A DNA stretch of 64,000 nucleotides. Origin: an uncultured virus (IMG/VR IMGVR_UViG_3300032069_000001) (Duplodnaviria; Heunggongvirae; Uroviricota; Caudoviricetes). The position numbers and the translations under genes were made by a program. Below, in pieces: positions 1 through 9,795 of this stretch (position 1 is its first letter; each line of letters opens with the position of its first letter). Under the pieces are notes generated by a model. That model had not been told where the DNA came from. It made no database searches and saw nothing but the letters and a program-made list of their open reading frames with translations. Location of the stretch: positions 1 to 64,000 of IMG/VR virus record IMGVR_UViG_3300032069_000001. The stretch is one strand, 5' to 3'.

Positions 1-242
1 TTCTGCATCAACTCACTAATTTTTTTTCTTGTTTCTGGAGAATTTATATAGCCCAACTGTATCTTTTTATTTATCCTTGCTATTCCTATTTTTTTCTTAT
101 GTTCTTCTTTTTGTGGGTGCTTACTGCCCAAAGCATATTTATTTCCCCTGAACGCCAATCCCTTGCATTTACAATTACAATATTTTTGTCTTGACCTTCT
201 TGTTTTGTATGTCGTGTTGCATTGTAAACAAATCTTTATCAT
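1..242 (-). CDS. Partial NUMOD3/HNH-type homing endonuclease-like protein (runs off window start)
   Basis: Manual translation from ATG at 242: MIKICLQCNTTYKTRRSRQKYCNCKCKG...HKKKIG...SPETRKKISE; CxxC/YCxxxC plus NUMOD3-like motifs; absent from the ORF track. Confidence 0.6.
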   Translation of the reverse strand, partial: MIKICLQCNTTYKTRRSRQKYCNCKCKGLAFRGNKYALGSKHPQKEEHKKKIGIARINKKIQLGYINSPETRKKISELMQ

Positions 243-252
243 ATTTATCCTT

Positions 253-1497
253 TTACGTTCTACGAGTTTTTTCCCAAAGCCTTAACCAATACTTATGGGG
301 AAGCGTTGCACCGTTATCGTGATGACGAGTAGCTCCCACCTGTTGCCAAATACTGTAAATAGCATAGTGCATAAATTCTATGCTGTATTGAGTTTTATCT
401 TCGCCATAAACCTGATAGGGTGTTTTAATATCAACACCCGCAGTTCCAACCAATTTATTTGTTGCTTCCGATACTGCACTCTGGTCATCTATTTCTTTTG
501 CGTCAGGACTTATAGTTGCCGTATAATCAGGACAATTCTCATTTATGTAATCTACGAGTTCTTGCACCGTAGGGTAACTATTAAACGATAAATTCAAATC
601 TGGAGTTCCATCAACAACAGTTACTAAATTTAATCCACTTATAGTCATAATAGCTGTCGTTCCAGCTCCAGTATAAACAATCGTAAAACATTTATGTTGT
701 GGTCTGTTACCGCTTGCTCCAATAAAACTCCAATTTATTTCTCCATTTGCTTCTACTCTAAAATCCGTATCTTCAGTAAATACATTATACTTATCTCGGC
801 ACATAATTACTTCAATACCCTGGTTTTTGTCGTATAATAATTTCTCTCTTGAATTTCCATATACATCAACTTCATATCGTCTCAAAAGGTCTGTTGTTCG
901 CAACATACTGTCTTTTATTGTAATTCTATCACGGACACCTAACCAATAAGCATCAGAAATAGTTATAATAACATCTCCCTGCAACCACTCGCCAGTAGGT
1001 ATAAAATTATTCTGGTAATCAACGTTAGTCATAATAGCTTTCATAGGAACATTCGGGTCTCTCTCATACACATAATCTACTTTTACCACATCATTTTCAA
1101 CGGGTAATGGAGAACCAGAAATTTGTATTCTATTGTTTGTCGTTCCTACAATCGTGTAAGTAACGTTCTGTGTTTCATTATAAACCCTGTCCACTCTGGC
1201 TATAGTTTTTGTATTGTCGTAAGTAAATTGCAATAAGGAGCATTGAACATCAATAAAACCAGGAGCAACATACATTGCTACTTCGTTCTTTATTGCTACA
1301 TTAGGATTTGTTCTATACAAATAACCGCTTCCACCACAGACGGGGCATTTATAATTGGGATTGCCTGTAATATTTGAATAACAAGGGCATTTGGTTTCTT
1401 CTTCCCAAAAAACGCCAGTCCAACCCCGTCTTTCAATAAGGTCTTCAAACCTCTCCACGTGGAAGTGGTTATTTTTCAGCAAATCATTTGTCGGCAC
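253..1497 (-). CDS. Neck/head-completion protein
   Basis: WEEETKCPC...NPNYKCPVCGGSG motif of Twort/SPO1-like neck proteins; position downstream of capsid and head-tail adaptor. Confidence 0.65.
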   Translation of the reverse strand: MPTNDLLKNNHFHVERFEDLIERRGWTGVFWEEETKCPCYSNITGNPNYKCPVCGGSGYLYRTNPNVAIKNEVAMYVAPGFIDVQCSLLQFTYDNTKTIARVDRVYNETQNVTYTIVGTTNNRIQISGSPLPVENDVVKVDYVYERDPNVPMKAIMTNVDYQNNFIPTGEWLQGDVIITISDAYWLGVRDRITIKDSMLRTTDLLRRYEVDVYGNSREKLLYDKNQGIEVIMCRDKYNVFTEDTDFRVEANGEINWSFIGASGNRPQHKCFTIVYTGAGTTAIMTISGLNLVTVVDGTPDLNLSFNSYPTVQELVDYINENCPDYTATISPDAKEIDDQSAVSEATNKLVGTAGVDIKTPYQVYGEDKTQYSIEFMHYAIYSIWQQVGATRHHDNGATLPHKYWLRLWEKTRRT

Positions 1498-1499
1498 TA

Positions 1500-1826
1500 T
1501 TATTTACCTTTTTTCCCTTTTTTTGCTACTTCCTTGACCTTGTTAGCGACTTTATTAACCACCCGTGCTACTTTGCCTGCGGGTTTTGGTGTCGGTTTTG
1601 AAACCGTTGTCGGAGCATCAAGCTCTGCAAGAATTGACTTCTCATCATTGGAAAGATAAGAAGCTTCTTTCCCCGATTTGAATATGATGGCATATTTTGT
1701 TGCCTGCCCCATAAGACAAATCGTATTTTCTTCACCAGGGAACCTCTTGTTCATAAACTTTACGAACTTAATTCTCTGGTTTCCATCTAACCCTGAAGCT
1801 ACTGCAACTTCATTATAGCTATTCAT
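1500..1826 (-). CDS. Hypothetical protein with basic tail; paralog of 53938..54264
   Basis: GGAGG RBS; aligns by eye to the early-region ORF. Confidence 0.7.
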   Translation of the reverse strand: MNSYNEVAVASGLDGNQRIKFVKFMNKRFPGEENTICLMGQATKYAIIFKSGKEASYLSNDEKSILAELDAPTTVSKPTPKPAGKVARVVNKVANKVKEVAKKGKKGK

Positions 1827-1835
1827 AATCCCTCC

Positions 1836-2879
1836 TTAACTCACTACAAAATTTATACCCTTCTGTGTTTCTCTGAAGTCATTGACAAAATCTTCAATGT
1901 CCTTCTTGTATTCATTTATATAGGACTGAAACAGCGTAGTTTGTGCCGATTGCGTAAGCGTCGTGCTTTCGCTCAACCCATCAGCTCCCGTGCTTACGCT
2001 TGCAACACCTGGCATCTGTGCCTGCCCAGCAATTCTTAATATTTCTATTGAAGCTTTTTTGTAAATTATATCCGCAAAATCAAGCGGTATTTCTCCCTGC
2101 TTAAACCCGCACGTATAATCTATGTGTATCAAACTTGGAATATTTTTAGTTAAAAATCCTGACAATAAAGGTAAATACATCGCACCCTGACCGATTAAAG
2201 GATATTGCTTAAAACTTCCAGCCATTGGAACTATCTGAAGTTGTCCAAATTTCGGATAAAGCTTAAGCCATTCATTCGGATAAGTTATAATCGTCTGTCC
2301 TGTCGGGTAAATCAACCTTACCCTTTCAATACTAATTACTGGTATTTTCCTTAACCTCATATAACCCCAATTCATATAATCGTGAACATCATAATCATAG
2401 GGCGGTTCAATAATATCATAAGGCAACGGCTCGGGTAGTTCCAACGTAGTCCCAAGAATAGCGTTTGATTTAATAACCGTAGGGGTAATAAAAATATCAA
2501 ATTCTCTTTGAAAATAACTAATAGCCAGAGAAAGTTTTTGTTGTAGCACTTGGTCTGTAATCGGATTTCCTGCACGGTCTTTAAGATTTAACCCAAACAA
2601 ATATGCCTGTCTCATTGTCAACACATCAAATCCCGAGGAGCCTTGCAAAACAGAAAACTTTGTTAAATAATAACAAACAAGAGCATCGCCAGCAGTAGGA
2701 ACGAAGTTAAATAAAAAGCTATGCGTAGTTGGCTGTTCAACGTAATCGCTATCTTTTCTTAAACATTGACCACCGAGAAAAAGCTGTGGTGTATTTGCTT
2801 CATATTCTTCAGCCAATACAAATGTTGTATTTACACCATCAACCTGGCTTGTTAAATCTTCCTGTTTCATTACTCCCAT
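1836..2879 (-). CDS. Head-tail adaptor/neck protein with N-terminal beta module
   Basis: RQAYLFGL...AISYFQREFDIFITP...YDYDVHDY...KIPVISIE resembles the conserved post-capsid gene of Twort-like phages. Confidence 0.7.
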   Translation of the reverse strand: MGVMKQEDLTSQVDGVNTTFVLAEEYEANTPQLFLGGQCLRKDSDYVEQPTTHSFLFNFVPTAGDALVCYYLTKFSVLQGSSGFDVLTMRQAYLFGLNLKDRAGNPITDQVLQQKLSLAISYFQREFDIFITPTVIKSNAILGTTLELPEPLPYDIIEPPYDYDVHDYMNWGYMRLRKIPVISIERVRLIYPTGQTIITYPNEWLKLYPKFGQLQIVPMAGSFKQYPLIGQGAMYLPLLSGFLTKNIPSLIHIDYTCGFKQGEIPLDFADIIYKKASIEILRIAGQAQMPGVASVSTGADGLSESTTLTQSAQTTLFQSYINEYKKDIEDFVNDFRETQKGINFVVS

Positions 2880-2893
2880 AATTTTCTCCTATT

Positions 2894-4039
2894 TTAATAT
2901 CTTATAAAGAAATAACCTACTCTATAAGGTTGTAAATTATTGTGAGGCGTATTGCTACCGTTTGCATCAGCACTATGACTATGAGCACCATCTCCACCTA
3001 TGACCGCAGATTGCCATACATTAACACCATTGTCGCCAAGCAAAAACCCAGCCCCTCCTGACCCACCAGACCCGTGATTTCCAAATACAGATGCCGTATG
3101 TGAAGAATGATTTCCACCGCTGACCGTATGTCCGTGTGACGCCAACTCTCCTACAGAAAGTTGATGCGTTTTCGCACCAGCATTTTTTCCAAGCACATTG
3201 AATTCAGCCTCTCCACCGCTAAAACCAACCTGCACCATACTATCCATTGGCGGGATTACTATAGTTTTAAGACTATTGAAATCGTTGAGAACATTCCCAG
3301 TTCTTCCGCCAGAAACAGGAGCATAGGTATCTGAAACATTATTGTATAAAAACTCAAACAAATTATAAGTATCAGCATTGGCTCTTAACGACGCCCCACT
3401 TCCAGCATTGCCAATCGTTCCCCCGTTCATCAATAACCACTTTCCTGATGCGGTTGGACACATTCTCCATTTTGTATCTCCAACTTCAAAATTATCAGCA
3501 ATAGCATTGCTATCAAACTGTGCACCTGAACCTAATGCCAATAGTTGATTTGGTTGTGGTGTTGCTGATGCGGATATTCCATTAACCGCCATTGTATTTG
3601 AGGAGCCGTTACCAAGAGCCCATACAAGGGAAACAAGTTCTCCGCCAGACATTCCAGAACCAAATAAAATATTTGTATTGTTGACTTCCGTGTAATGTGT
3701 AGTTGGAGTTTGTATTGCTCCATTTACAAACACTTTCAAGTTTTTATAACCCATTACATAAGCACTCGTAGTCGTGAAAACAGTCTGCCCTGGAGTAGCA
3801 ACAAAATTATTGCGATATTCAATAATATCCTGATTAGTTGCTTGAATAGTTATTGAACCGTGTCCGCTTCCGTCCCCGCCAGAAACAATAATATTCGCTC
3901 CAGCCGATACCTGACTTACAACATTGGTCGCCCCCGAAGTGTTAATCTTGGAAGCGGAAATAGACGCAGAAGGACTAATATGAAAGTCCGTTATTTGCTG
4001 ACTTGCTATATCTTGTGCCAGTATTAAAGTATTAGCCAT
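2894..4039 (-). CDS. Fibre protein with C-terminal tail-collar-like domain
   Basis: WLLMNG...LFEFL...GAKTHQLSVGELASHGH...HNNLQPY; N-terminus shared with 4042..6297. Confidence 0.75.
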   Translation of the reverse strand: MANTLILAQDIASQQITDFHISPSASISASKINTSGATNVVSQVSAGANIIVSGGDGSGHGSITIQATNQDIIEYRNNFVATPGQTVFTTTSAYVMGYKNLKVFVNGAIQTPTTHYTEVNNTNILFGSGMSGGELVSLVWALGNGSSNTMAVNGISASATPQPNQLLALGSGAQFDSNAIADNFEVGDTKWRMCPTASGKWLLMNGGTIGNAGSGASLRANADTYNLFEFLYNNVSDTYAPVSGGRTGNVLNDFNSLKTIVIPPMDSMVQVGFSGGEAEFNVLGKNAGAKTHQLSVGELASHGHTVSGGNHSSHTASVFGNHGSGGSGGAGFLLGDNGVNVWQSAVIGGDGAHSHSADANGSNTPHNNLQPYRVGYFFIRY

Positions 4040-4041
4040 CT

Positions 4042-6297
4042 TTACTCCTCAAAATCAGTTATATCCATATACGCTTGAGAACCGCTTAAATACAATCCAA
4101 AATAATAAACAACACTCCCAATGTCTATTATTAAATTTTTGAATGGAGAATACCAATATGTCGTTCCAGCAAAATTAAAATACTGTGATATTTGGTAACT
4201 GTCATCTCCGCTTAAGTAAGAATAAAGTGACATTAAAGACAACTCCTTGCCATTGTCACTCCATACATTACCACCGCAAATACTGGCGAGCGGAGAAACT
4301 CCGAGATTTGCCATTAAATCAATCGGGGTCGGATTGAAATTTGCACCGTTTGTTAAAACTCTTTGAGGCGGAAATGTGTATTTATCCCCAACTTTCATAA
4401 ATCTTCTTATGTTAAAATTGCTCATTGTTGCAAAACAACCCACATATCTAAAGTTGGTAGCTGGATAAGGAGAAAGAATAGCCCAATCCCCCTGTGCTGT
4501 ATATGTTGTCAAGTCGGTTCCATCATAAGAAAGAGAACTGCCATCATTTGCGGTCACGTTTCTGACAACTGCTTTAGCTCCACCAGTTAAAAATACTATT
4601 TTAGCTCCTATTAAAGAATTGGTGACAAAGCTGTAGTTTTGTGCTGATGCAGGACTTTTGTGTAATCCAAAAGTAATGCTATTACCACTATCACTACGAA
4701 CTCTAATGAAGGGAACTATTTTAAGATTAAATCCTCCGCTTCCATCATCTACAGCAAATACACCATACCAATTTTCGGCTACTCTTTTCCCGTCTATCAA
4801 ATCATCTTCGTAATCAGCAGAAGGAACGGTCGGTGTGACATAGGGAGCTTGTGTTTCGTTTACTTTCCCTGTATTTTCATATTTAAACTCATCTATATAT
4901 CCTGCAAAATTAGCCAATACATTGCCAGAATTATCAAGACCAGCCCCAATTAACAATTTGCCAGCGAAACCTGTATTGATTTGTGCTGAACCAATAAATC
5001 TTCTTGCATCTCCCCCTACGGAAAGCTGTAATGTTGAATATCCGCTTGAATTGGTTGTCACTTCACAATGAACCCAAGTATCTAAAGGAACACTATTTGT
5101 GCTCCAGAGAAATCCTGGGTGATTATAAGTGCTGGGGGGAGAAGCAAAATATTCTCCAAATCCGATGCTTCCAAATTCATTTATCGCCATTTCTATTCCA
5201 TTACCCGTGTTTCCAGTTGGAATAGCTCCCGTGCAACCAAAACTAAAAAATTTGCGTATATTGCCAGGAGAAGGATAACTACTTACCCTTATCCAGAAAG
5301 ATATAGTCCTCATATTTGTATTTGTGTTTATTCCTCTTGGAGTATTTACATAAAGATAGCTTCCGCCTGGAATTTGCACACACTTGGCGTATGCCGAATT
5401 ACCAGCAGGATAACTTCCGCCTAAATTCGTAAAAGAAGGAGACCCAACCGCCGTTAAATTTAAAGTTGCGTCCCACCCTCCTGCCTCATCGTAATTATCG
5501 TTAAAATGATACGTAAGACCAGCAAGCCTTGCTACTTTCATCGGGTCTGTGCTCTGCATCAATTTACGGTTTGAACCACTCGGATAAAACCCTTCTTTTT
5601 TACCGAGATAAAATCCATTCGCAGTATATCCGTAGTTAATCGGCAAACCGTATCTGCCAGCGTCATAACCATCGGTGTATATTGGAAGATAAACACAGCC
5701 CCTTCCGCCCCACATTATATCCCTTGTGTTGATGTGGTTCTCGTTAGGGACAGCTTTTAATGCTTCGTGAACAAATTGAGCATCGGAACCCAGAGGCAAC
5801 AACTGATTTGTTAATGGTGTAGCTGAAGCGTGTATGCTGTCAACCGTGTCGGCATTTGTTGCTCCCTGACCAACTGCCCAGATAAATGAAATGTATTCTC
5901 CACCGCTTAACGGGGCAATAAAAACAACGGTTGTAGTATTGTATTCGGTATAATCCGTTACAGGTTTTAATAATACTCCGTTTTTATAAACTTTCATATT
6001 TATATAGTTAAGTGTATATGCTACGGGGAGAGTAAATACCGTCTGTCCTGGTGTAGCTACATAATTATATCTATATTCAATTACAAACAAATTAACGGCT
6101 GTAATAGTTAATTCCCCGTGTCCATTCCCGTCCCCGCCTGTGATAATAATATTTGTGCCTGCGGTAATCTTTCTTACGAGATTAGTTGCACTTGCAGTAT
6201 CTATTTTGGAAGCCAAGATGCCAGCGGTCGGACTAATATGAAAATTCGTTATCTGGTCGCTTGCTATATCTTGTGCTAATATTAAAGTATTTGCCAT
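4042..6297 (-). CDS. Fibre/adhesin with LamG (concanavalin-like) domain
   Basis: RTISFWIR...VPLDTWVHCEVT...LLIGA...FAGYIDEFKY LamG signature. Confidence 0.75.
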   Translation of the reverse strand: MANTLILAQDIASDQITNFHISPTAGILASKIDTASATNLVRKITAGTNIIITGGDGNGHGELTITAVNLFVIEYRYNYVATPGQTVFTLPVAYTLNYINMKVYKNGVLLKPVTDYTEYNTTTVVFIAPLSGGEYISFIWAVGQGATNADTVDSIHASATPLTNQLLPLGSDAQFVHEALKAVPNENHINTRDIMWGGRGCVYLPIYTDGYDAGRYGLPINYGYTANGFYLGKKEGFYPSGSNRKLMQSTDPMKVARLAGLTYHFNDNYDEAGGWDATLNLTAVGSPSFTNLGGSYPAGNSAYAKCVQIPGGSYLYVNTPRGINTNTNMRTISFWIRVSSYPSPGNIRKFFSFGCTGAIPTGNTGNGIEMAINEFGSIGFGEYFASPPSTYNHPGFLWSTNSVPLDTWVHCEVTTNSSGYSTLQLSVGGDARRFIGSAQINTGFAGKLLIGAGLDNSGNVLANFAGYIDEFKYENTGKVNETQAPYVTPTVPSADYEDDLIDGKRVAENWYGVFAVDDGSGGFNLKIVPFIRVRSDSGNSITFGLHKSPASAQNYSFVTNSLIGAKIVFLTGGAKAVVRNVTANDGSSLSYDGTDLTTYTAQGDWAILSPYPATNFRYVGCFATMSNFNIRRFMKVGDKYTFPPQRVLTNGANFNPTPIDLMANLGVSPLASICGGNVWSDNGKELSLMSLYSYLSGDDSYQISQYFNFAGTTYWYSPFKNLIIDIGSVVYYFGLYLSGSQAYMDITDFEE

Positions 6298-6308
6298 AGT
6301 CTCCTACT

Positions 6309-6635
6309 TTATTGTGGTTTTGGATATTTTATTTTAACAGCATCACAATTAGCAATCCATTGAGTAAGTAAAACATTATTACCTTTTTGAGCCCAATAAA
6401 TTGCATCAGCAAAATCCCCCAATGAAGGATATTCTGGTTTCCTTAATCTTTGATATTCCATTGCTTGTCTCTCTGCCAGTATAATAACAACTCCAGCGTT
6501 TACTTCTACTTCTGTTGGCTTTTCTTGCTCCGTATCTTCCCATACTATACCTTCGTAAGAATTTGCAGTCATTCTATATTTTGCACCTGGTCTTAATCGT
6601 TGAACAGCAAAAAATACTGTATTGTTAATATTCAT
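6309..6635 (-). CDS. Fibre assembly chaperone-like protein
   Basis: LRPGA...IVWED...KPT...YQRLRKPEYPSLGDFADAIY pattern typical of small genes following fibres. Confidence 0.55.
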   Translation of the reverse strand: MNINNTVFFAVQRLRPGAKYRMTANSYEGIVWEDTEQEKPTEVEVNAGVVIILAERQAMEYQRLRKPEYPSLGDFADAIYWAQKGNNVLLTQWIANCDAVKIKYPKPQ

Positions 6636-6647
6636 ATCTTCTCCTTG

Positions 6648-7349
6648 TTAAATTGGATAATTAAAAGACAGACCTATTTCCCCCAATGCCTGTCCATCAG
6701 TTAAAGTTATATCATACGAACCAAAAAAACCATTATCTTCAAAAGAAGCCATCATACCTACAGATGGTTCATCATTACCGTTAGGAGCACATTGAAGATA
6801 AATCACTCCTATTGCAACTCTATTGTAATATCTTGATAATGGAGGATAAGAGGCAGGTAAAGTAAATCTAACCATTCTGAATGTTCCTACCTTTTGTGCT
6901 GAACTATAATTTTCATATTCCGCCCAAAAATAACAAGTTTGACCCTGTATCTTCATTTTAACATAGTCCTTTACTGGAGCTCCTCCTCCATAATGACAAA
7001 TAGTATTCAAATCCCAGACAACACCTTCACAATTAAACACATTTGGGAAACCTTGTGGGGTTTCTGCTTTACTAAAATAAATATTTGACGGATTGCCGAC
7101 AAGAGAATAATCCGTTCCACCAAATATAGTTATCGTTGTATTTCCTCCACCAAAAGTAGGTGTTGCGACGACATAAAAATATTTGGTCGTAGTATCTGTT
7201 AATTTAGCTTTATCTCCTTTACGAATTATAGGTGTATAATCACCTGGAATAGTAAAAACTGTATTGCTTGAACGAGTGCCAGCAATACCCACTAACGGCG
7301 TCCAGGCATTTAACAAATTTGTTGCAACTAAATTACCATTCACTCTCAT
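6648..7349 (-). CDS. Fibre/receptor-binding fragment
   Basis: Beta-rich; FSKAETPQGFP motif; fibre cluster context. Confidence 0.5.
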   Translation of the reverse strand: MRVNGNLVATNLLNAWTPLVGIAGTRSSNTVFTIPGDYTPIIRKGDKAKLTDTTTKYFYVVATPTFGGGNTTITIFGGTDYSLVGNPSNIYFSKAETPQGFPNVFNCEGVVWDLNTICHYGGGAPVKDYVKMKIQGQTCYFWAEYENYSSAQKVGTFRMVRFTLPASYPPLSRYYNRVAIGVIYLQCAPNGNDEPSVGMMASFEDNGFFGSYDITLTDGQALGEIGLSFNYPI

Positions 7350-7358
7350 AGATTGCTC

Positions 7359-7760
7359 CTATAAAGTATTATATTCAATTATTGCTGTATCTCTTGCTGT
7401 TTCAATTTCTGCCATTTTAGCATTTATGTCCAGTTCTGGCATATCGGTATAGACTTTAAGATTAGCAAGAGCATCTAATTGCTTCTGTAAATCCTGAATA
7501 TATACAAATAACTCCGTTTTTCTTTGAGCGTTTATTTCTACTTGCTTTTCTTCCTGTGTTCGTTCAACTATCGTTGCAGAGTTTTCGTCCCATTTCCAAT
7601 TATATGAACCATCAATATTCTTTACACAAGGAAGGTCGTAAAACCTGTCGTCGCTATCTTTAATAAACTTGTCGCCCTCTACGGGTTGCTCAAAGGCATC
7701 GCTGAACGGTTTTATGACCCTATTTTCGCCATCTATTTTTACATAATGTTTGTATAGCAT
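7359..7760 (-). CDS. Fibre assembly chaperone-like protein
   Basis: YKHYVKID...FSDAFEQP N-terminus plus C-terminal coiled coil; context. Confidence 0.45.
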   Translation of the reverse strand: MLYKHYVKIDGENRVIKPFSDAFEQPVEGDKFIKDSDDRFYDLPCVKNIDGSYNWKWDENSATIVERTQEEKQVEINAQRKTELFVYIQDLQKQLDALANLKVYTDMPELDINAKMAEIETARDTAIIEYNTL

Positions 7761-7775
7761 AAATTACTCCTTTGT

Positions 7776-7973
7776 TTAAATGTCCTCTAATCTGCCACCA
7801 AAAGACCAACCGAGAAACATTTTTTTACCTGCTGGAACTACTTTATCTGCAAGAACCTGTCCGCCTGTAAGAGTTGTAGGATTTATCACTAAAACTACCC
7901 TGTCTCCTGCCGTAATATTGGTAGGTTCAGTTCCTCCAACACTTGCAATTTCTGCTTTAAATTCTTCACTCAT
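7776..7973 (-). CDS. Small structural protein
   Basis: GGAGG RBS; co-oriented in fibre operon. Confidence 0.55.
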   Translation of the reverse strand: MSEEFKAEIASVGGTEPTNITAGDRVVLVINPTTLTGGQVLADKVVPAGKKMFLGWSFGGRLEDI

Positions 7974-7984
7974 AAATACCTCCC

Positions 7985-8590
7985 TTAATACTTAATAATA
8001 TAATGTAATGTGATATAAGGCTGTAAATTATTATGTGCTCCATTTCCACCATTATTTGAAATAGTATGACTGTGGTCTGCTGAAACAGTTCCCGTATAAG
8101 TTCCATACCAATAATATGGTGCCCAATTACCACCTGGATAATATGCAAAAGCCATATTTTGATGCAAATAATTATGAGTATGGTCAACACTTATCCACCC
8201 TGTTCTGTAATCCAAAACATCTGGGGCTGGATTATAATGACTATGACTTGCCATAGAAGCCAAATCTATTGTTACGGTTTTAACGCCTGCTTTTTGATTT
8301 AACGCACCAAAGTCTGCATCTCCGCTTTTATATCCAACAGGAACTCTTGTAGTTATATCTGGCACGTTGAAATTGGCTCCCGAACCACCGTAAGTGTATC
8401 CAATAATAGCAAATAAATCTGGATAGCTTGCTGTAGGATAGCTTGCACCATCGCATATTAACCAACCCGTTGGAGCACTACCTCCAGCAAAAGAATAAAT
8501 AACGCCAGCGGGAACAATTCCATAAATACTGTCTGTTGATACTATTTCTTTGTGCACTCCATTTACATATTTCAATGTATTAACTGGCAT
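7985..8590 (-). CDS. Phage tail collar domain protein (copy 3)
   Basis: PAGVIYSFAG..APTGWLICDG..YPDLFAIIGYTYGG..FNVPD; HxH motifs; HNNLQPY..YIIKY. Confidence 0.9.
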   Translation of the reverse strand: MPVNTLKYVNGVHKEIVSTDSIYGIVPAGVIYSFAGGSAPTGWLICDGASYPTASYPDLFAIIGYTYGGSGANFNVPDITTRVPVGYKSGDADFGALNQKAGVKTVTIDLASMASHSHYNPAPDVLDYRTGWISVDHTHNYLHQNMAFAYYPGGNWAPYYWYGTYTGTVSADHSHTISNNGGNGAHNNLQPYITLHYIIKY

Positions 8591-9055
8591 ATATCTCCCT
8601 TAATATTTAATAATATAATTTAAAACAATGTATGGCATTAAATTATTGTGTGACTGGTCTAATCCTGCATTATAAATACTATGAGTATGTGTTTCACCAC
8701 CATTTACTCCTGTTGTCCAACTTGAATAAGCATTATAATATGGGGCACCACGATAAGGTGACCCCACATAATTATATTGTGCATCATTAGGACATTCGTA
8801 ATAATGTTGATGGTTCTGATTTATTCCGCCAAGACTGTGACTGTGCGAAAACATTTCAGCCATAGTTAAAATATGTTTTGCTTCTCCTGCTTTTTGATTT
8901 AACGCACCGAAATCCGCATCTCCACTTTTGTAGCCTACAGGAATTCTTGTTGTTAAGTCAGGAACATTAAAATTCGCACCACTTCCCCCGTATGTATATC
9001 CGATAATAGCAAATAAATCTGGATAGCTTGCTGTAGGATAGCTTGCACCATCGCA
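8403..9055. repeat. 53-bp exact direct repeat (8403-8455 and 9003-9055) between collar copies
   Basis: ataatagcaaataaatctggatagcttgctgtaggatagcttgcaccatcgca occurs twice, 600 bp apart. Confidence 0.85.
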
Positions 9056-9190
9056 CGCCAACCAGCCTGTTGGAACTGCTAAAGCAGAATACGGTCTAAT
9101 AACCCCAGCGGGAAGAATAAAGCTAATACTATCTGTAGTTATTTCTTTGCAAACACCATTAACAACTTTTATTGTTTTAACTAATGCCAT
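8600..9190 (-). CDS. Phage tail collar domain protein (copy 2)
   Basis: Same collar signature. Confidence 0.9.
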   Translation of the reverse strand: MALVKTIKVVNGVCKEITTDSISFILPAGVIRPYSALAVPTGWLACDGASYPTASYPDLFAIIGYTYGGSGANFNVPDLTTRIPVGYKSGDADFGALNQKAGEAKHILTMAEMFSHSHSLGGINQNHQHYYECPNDAQYNYVGSPYRGAPYYNAYSSWTTGVNGGETHTHSIYNAGLDQSHNNLMPYIVLNYIIKY

Positions 9191-9198
9191 ATCTGCTC

Positions 9199-9783
9199 CT
9201 AATATTTGATAATATAATTTAATGTAATATAAGGTTGCAAATTATTATGTGCTCCGTTTCCGCCTGTCCACGCAATATTATGATTATGATTACTCGTAAC
9301 TCCACCTGTTGTTGCCCAGTATTCACCACTTTCACGTTGGTTGCCATCTCCTCTTAACACCGCAGTATTCCAGGGCGACCTTGTGTATGTATGAGCGTGG
9401 TCGGCTGATGGTGCACCCGTTATTCCGCCGTGATTATGAACTGGCAACTCCTGCGTTATCAAAACGTGAGTTTTTGCTCCGCCTACAGCACCCATAGTTC
9501 CAAAAACTGTATCTCCGCTTTTGTAACATATAGGCACTCTTGTCATCAGGTCTGGCACGTTAAAATTCGCTCCGCTTCCCCCATAAGTGTATCCGATAAC
9601 AGCAAATAAGTCTGGATAGTCCGCTGTAAGATAACTTGCACCATTACACACTAACCAGCCGTTAGGTGCAGAAGAACCTGCGTATGAATGTATTGCCCCA
9701 GGAGAAGCTACACCTACAACGCTATCTATTGCAATCTCCTTACATACACCATTATCAATTTTTAACATTTTAACAACTGGCAT
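9199..9783 (-). CDS. Phage tail collar domain protein (copy 1)
   Basis: Same collar signature. Confidence 0.9.
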   Translation of the reverse strand: MPVVKMLKIDNGVCKEIAIDSVVGVASPGAIHSYAGSSAPNGWLVCNGASYLTADYPDLFAVIGYTYGGSGANFNVPDLMTRVPICYKSGDTVFGTMGAVGGAKTHVLITQELPVHNHGGITGAPSADHAHTYTRSPWNTAVLRGDGNQRESGEYWATTGGVTSNHNHNIAWTGGNGAHNNLQPYITLNYIIKY

Positions 9784-9795
9784 TAAACTCTCCTA

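Noticed and set aside
7985-9783. Diversity-generating retroelement acting on the collar genes
   Set aside because: No reverse transcriptase in the window; differences between copies are not adenine-specific; all copies are intact genes
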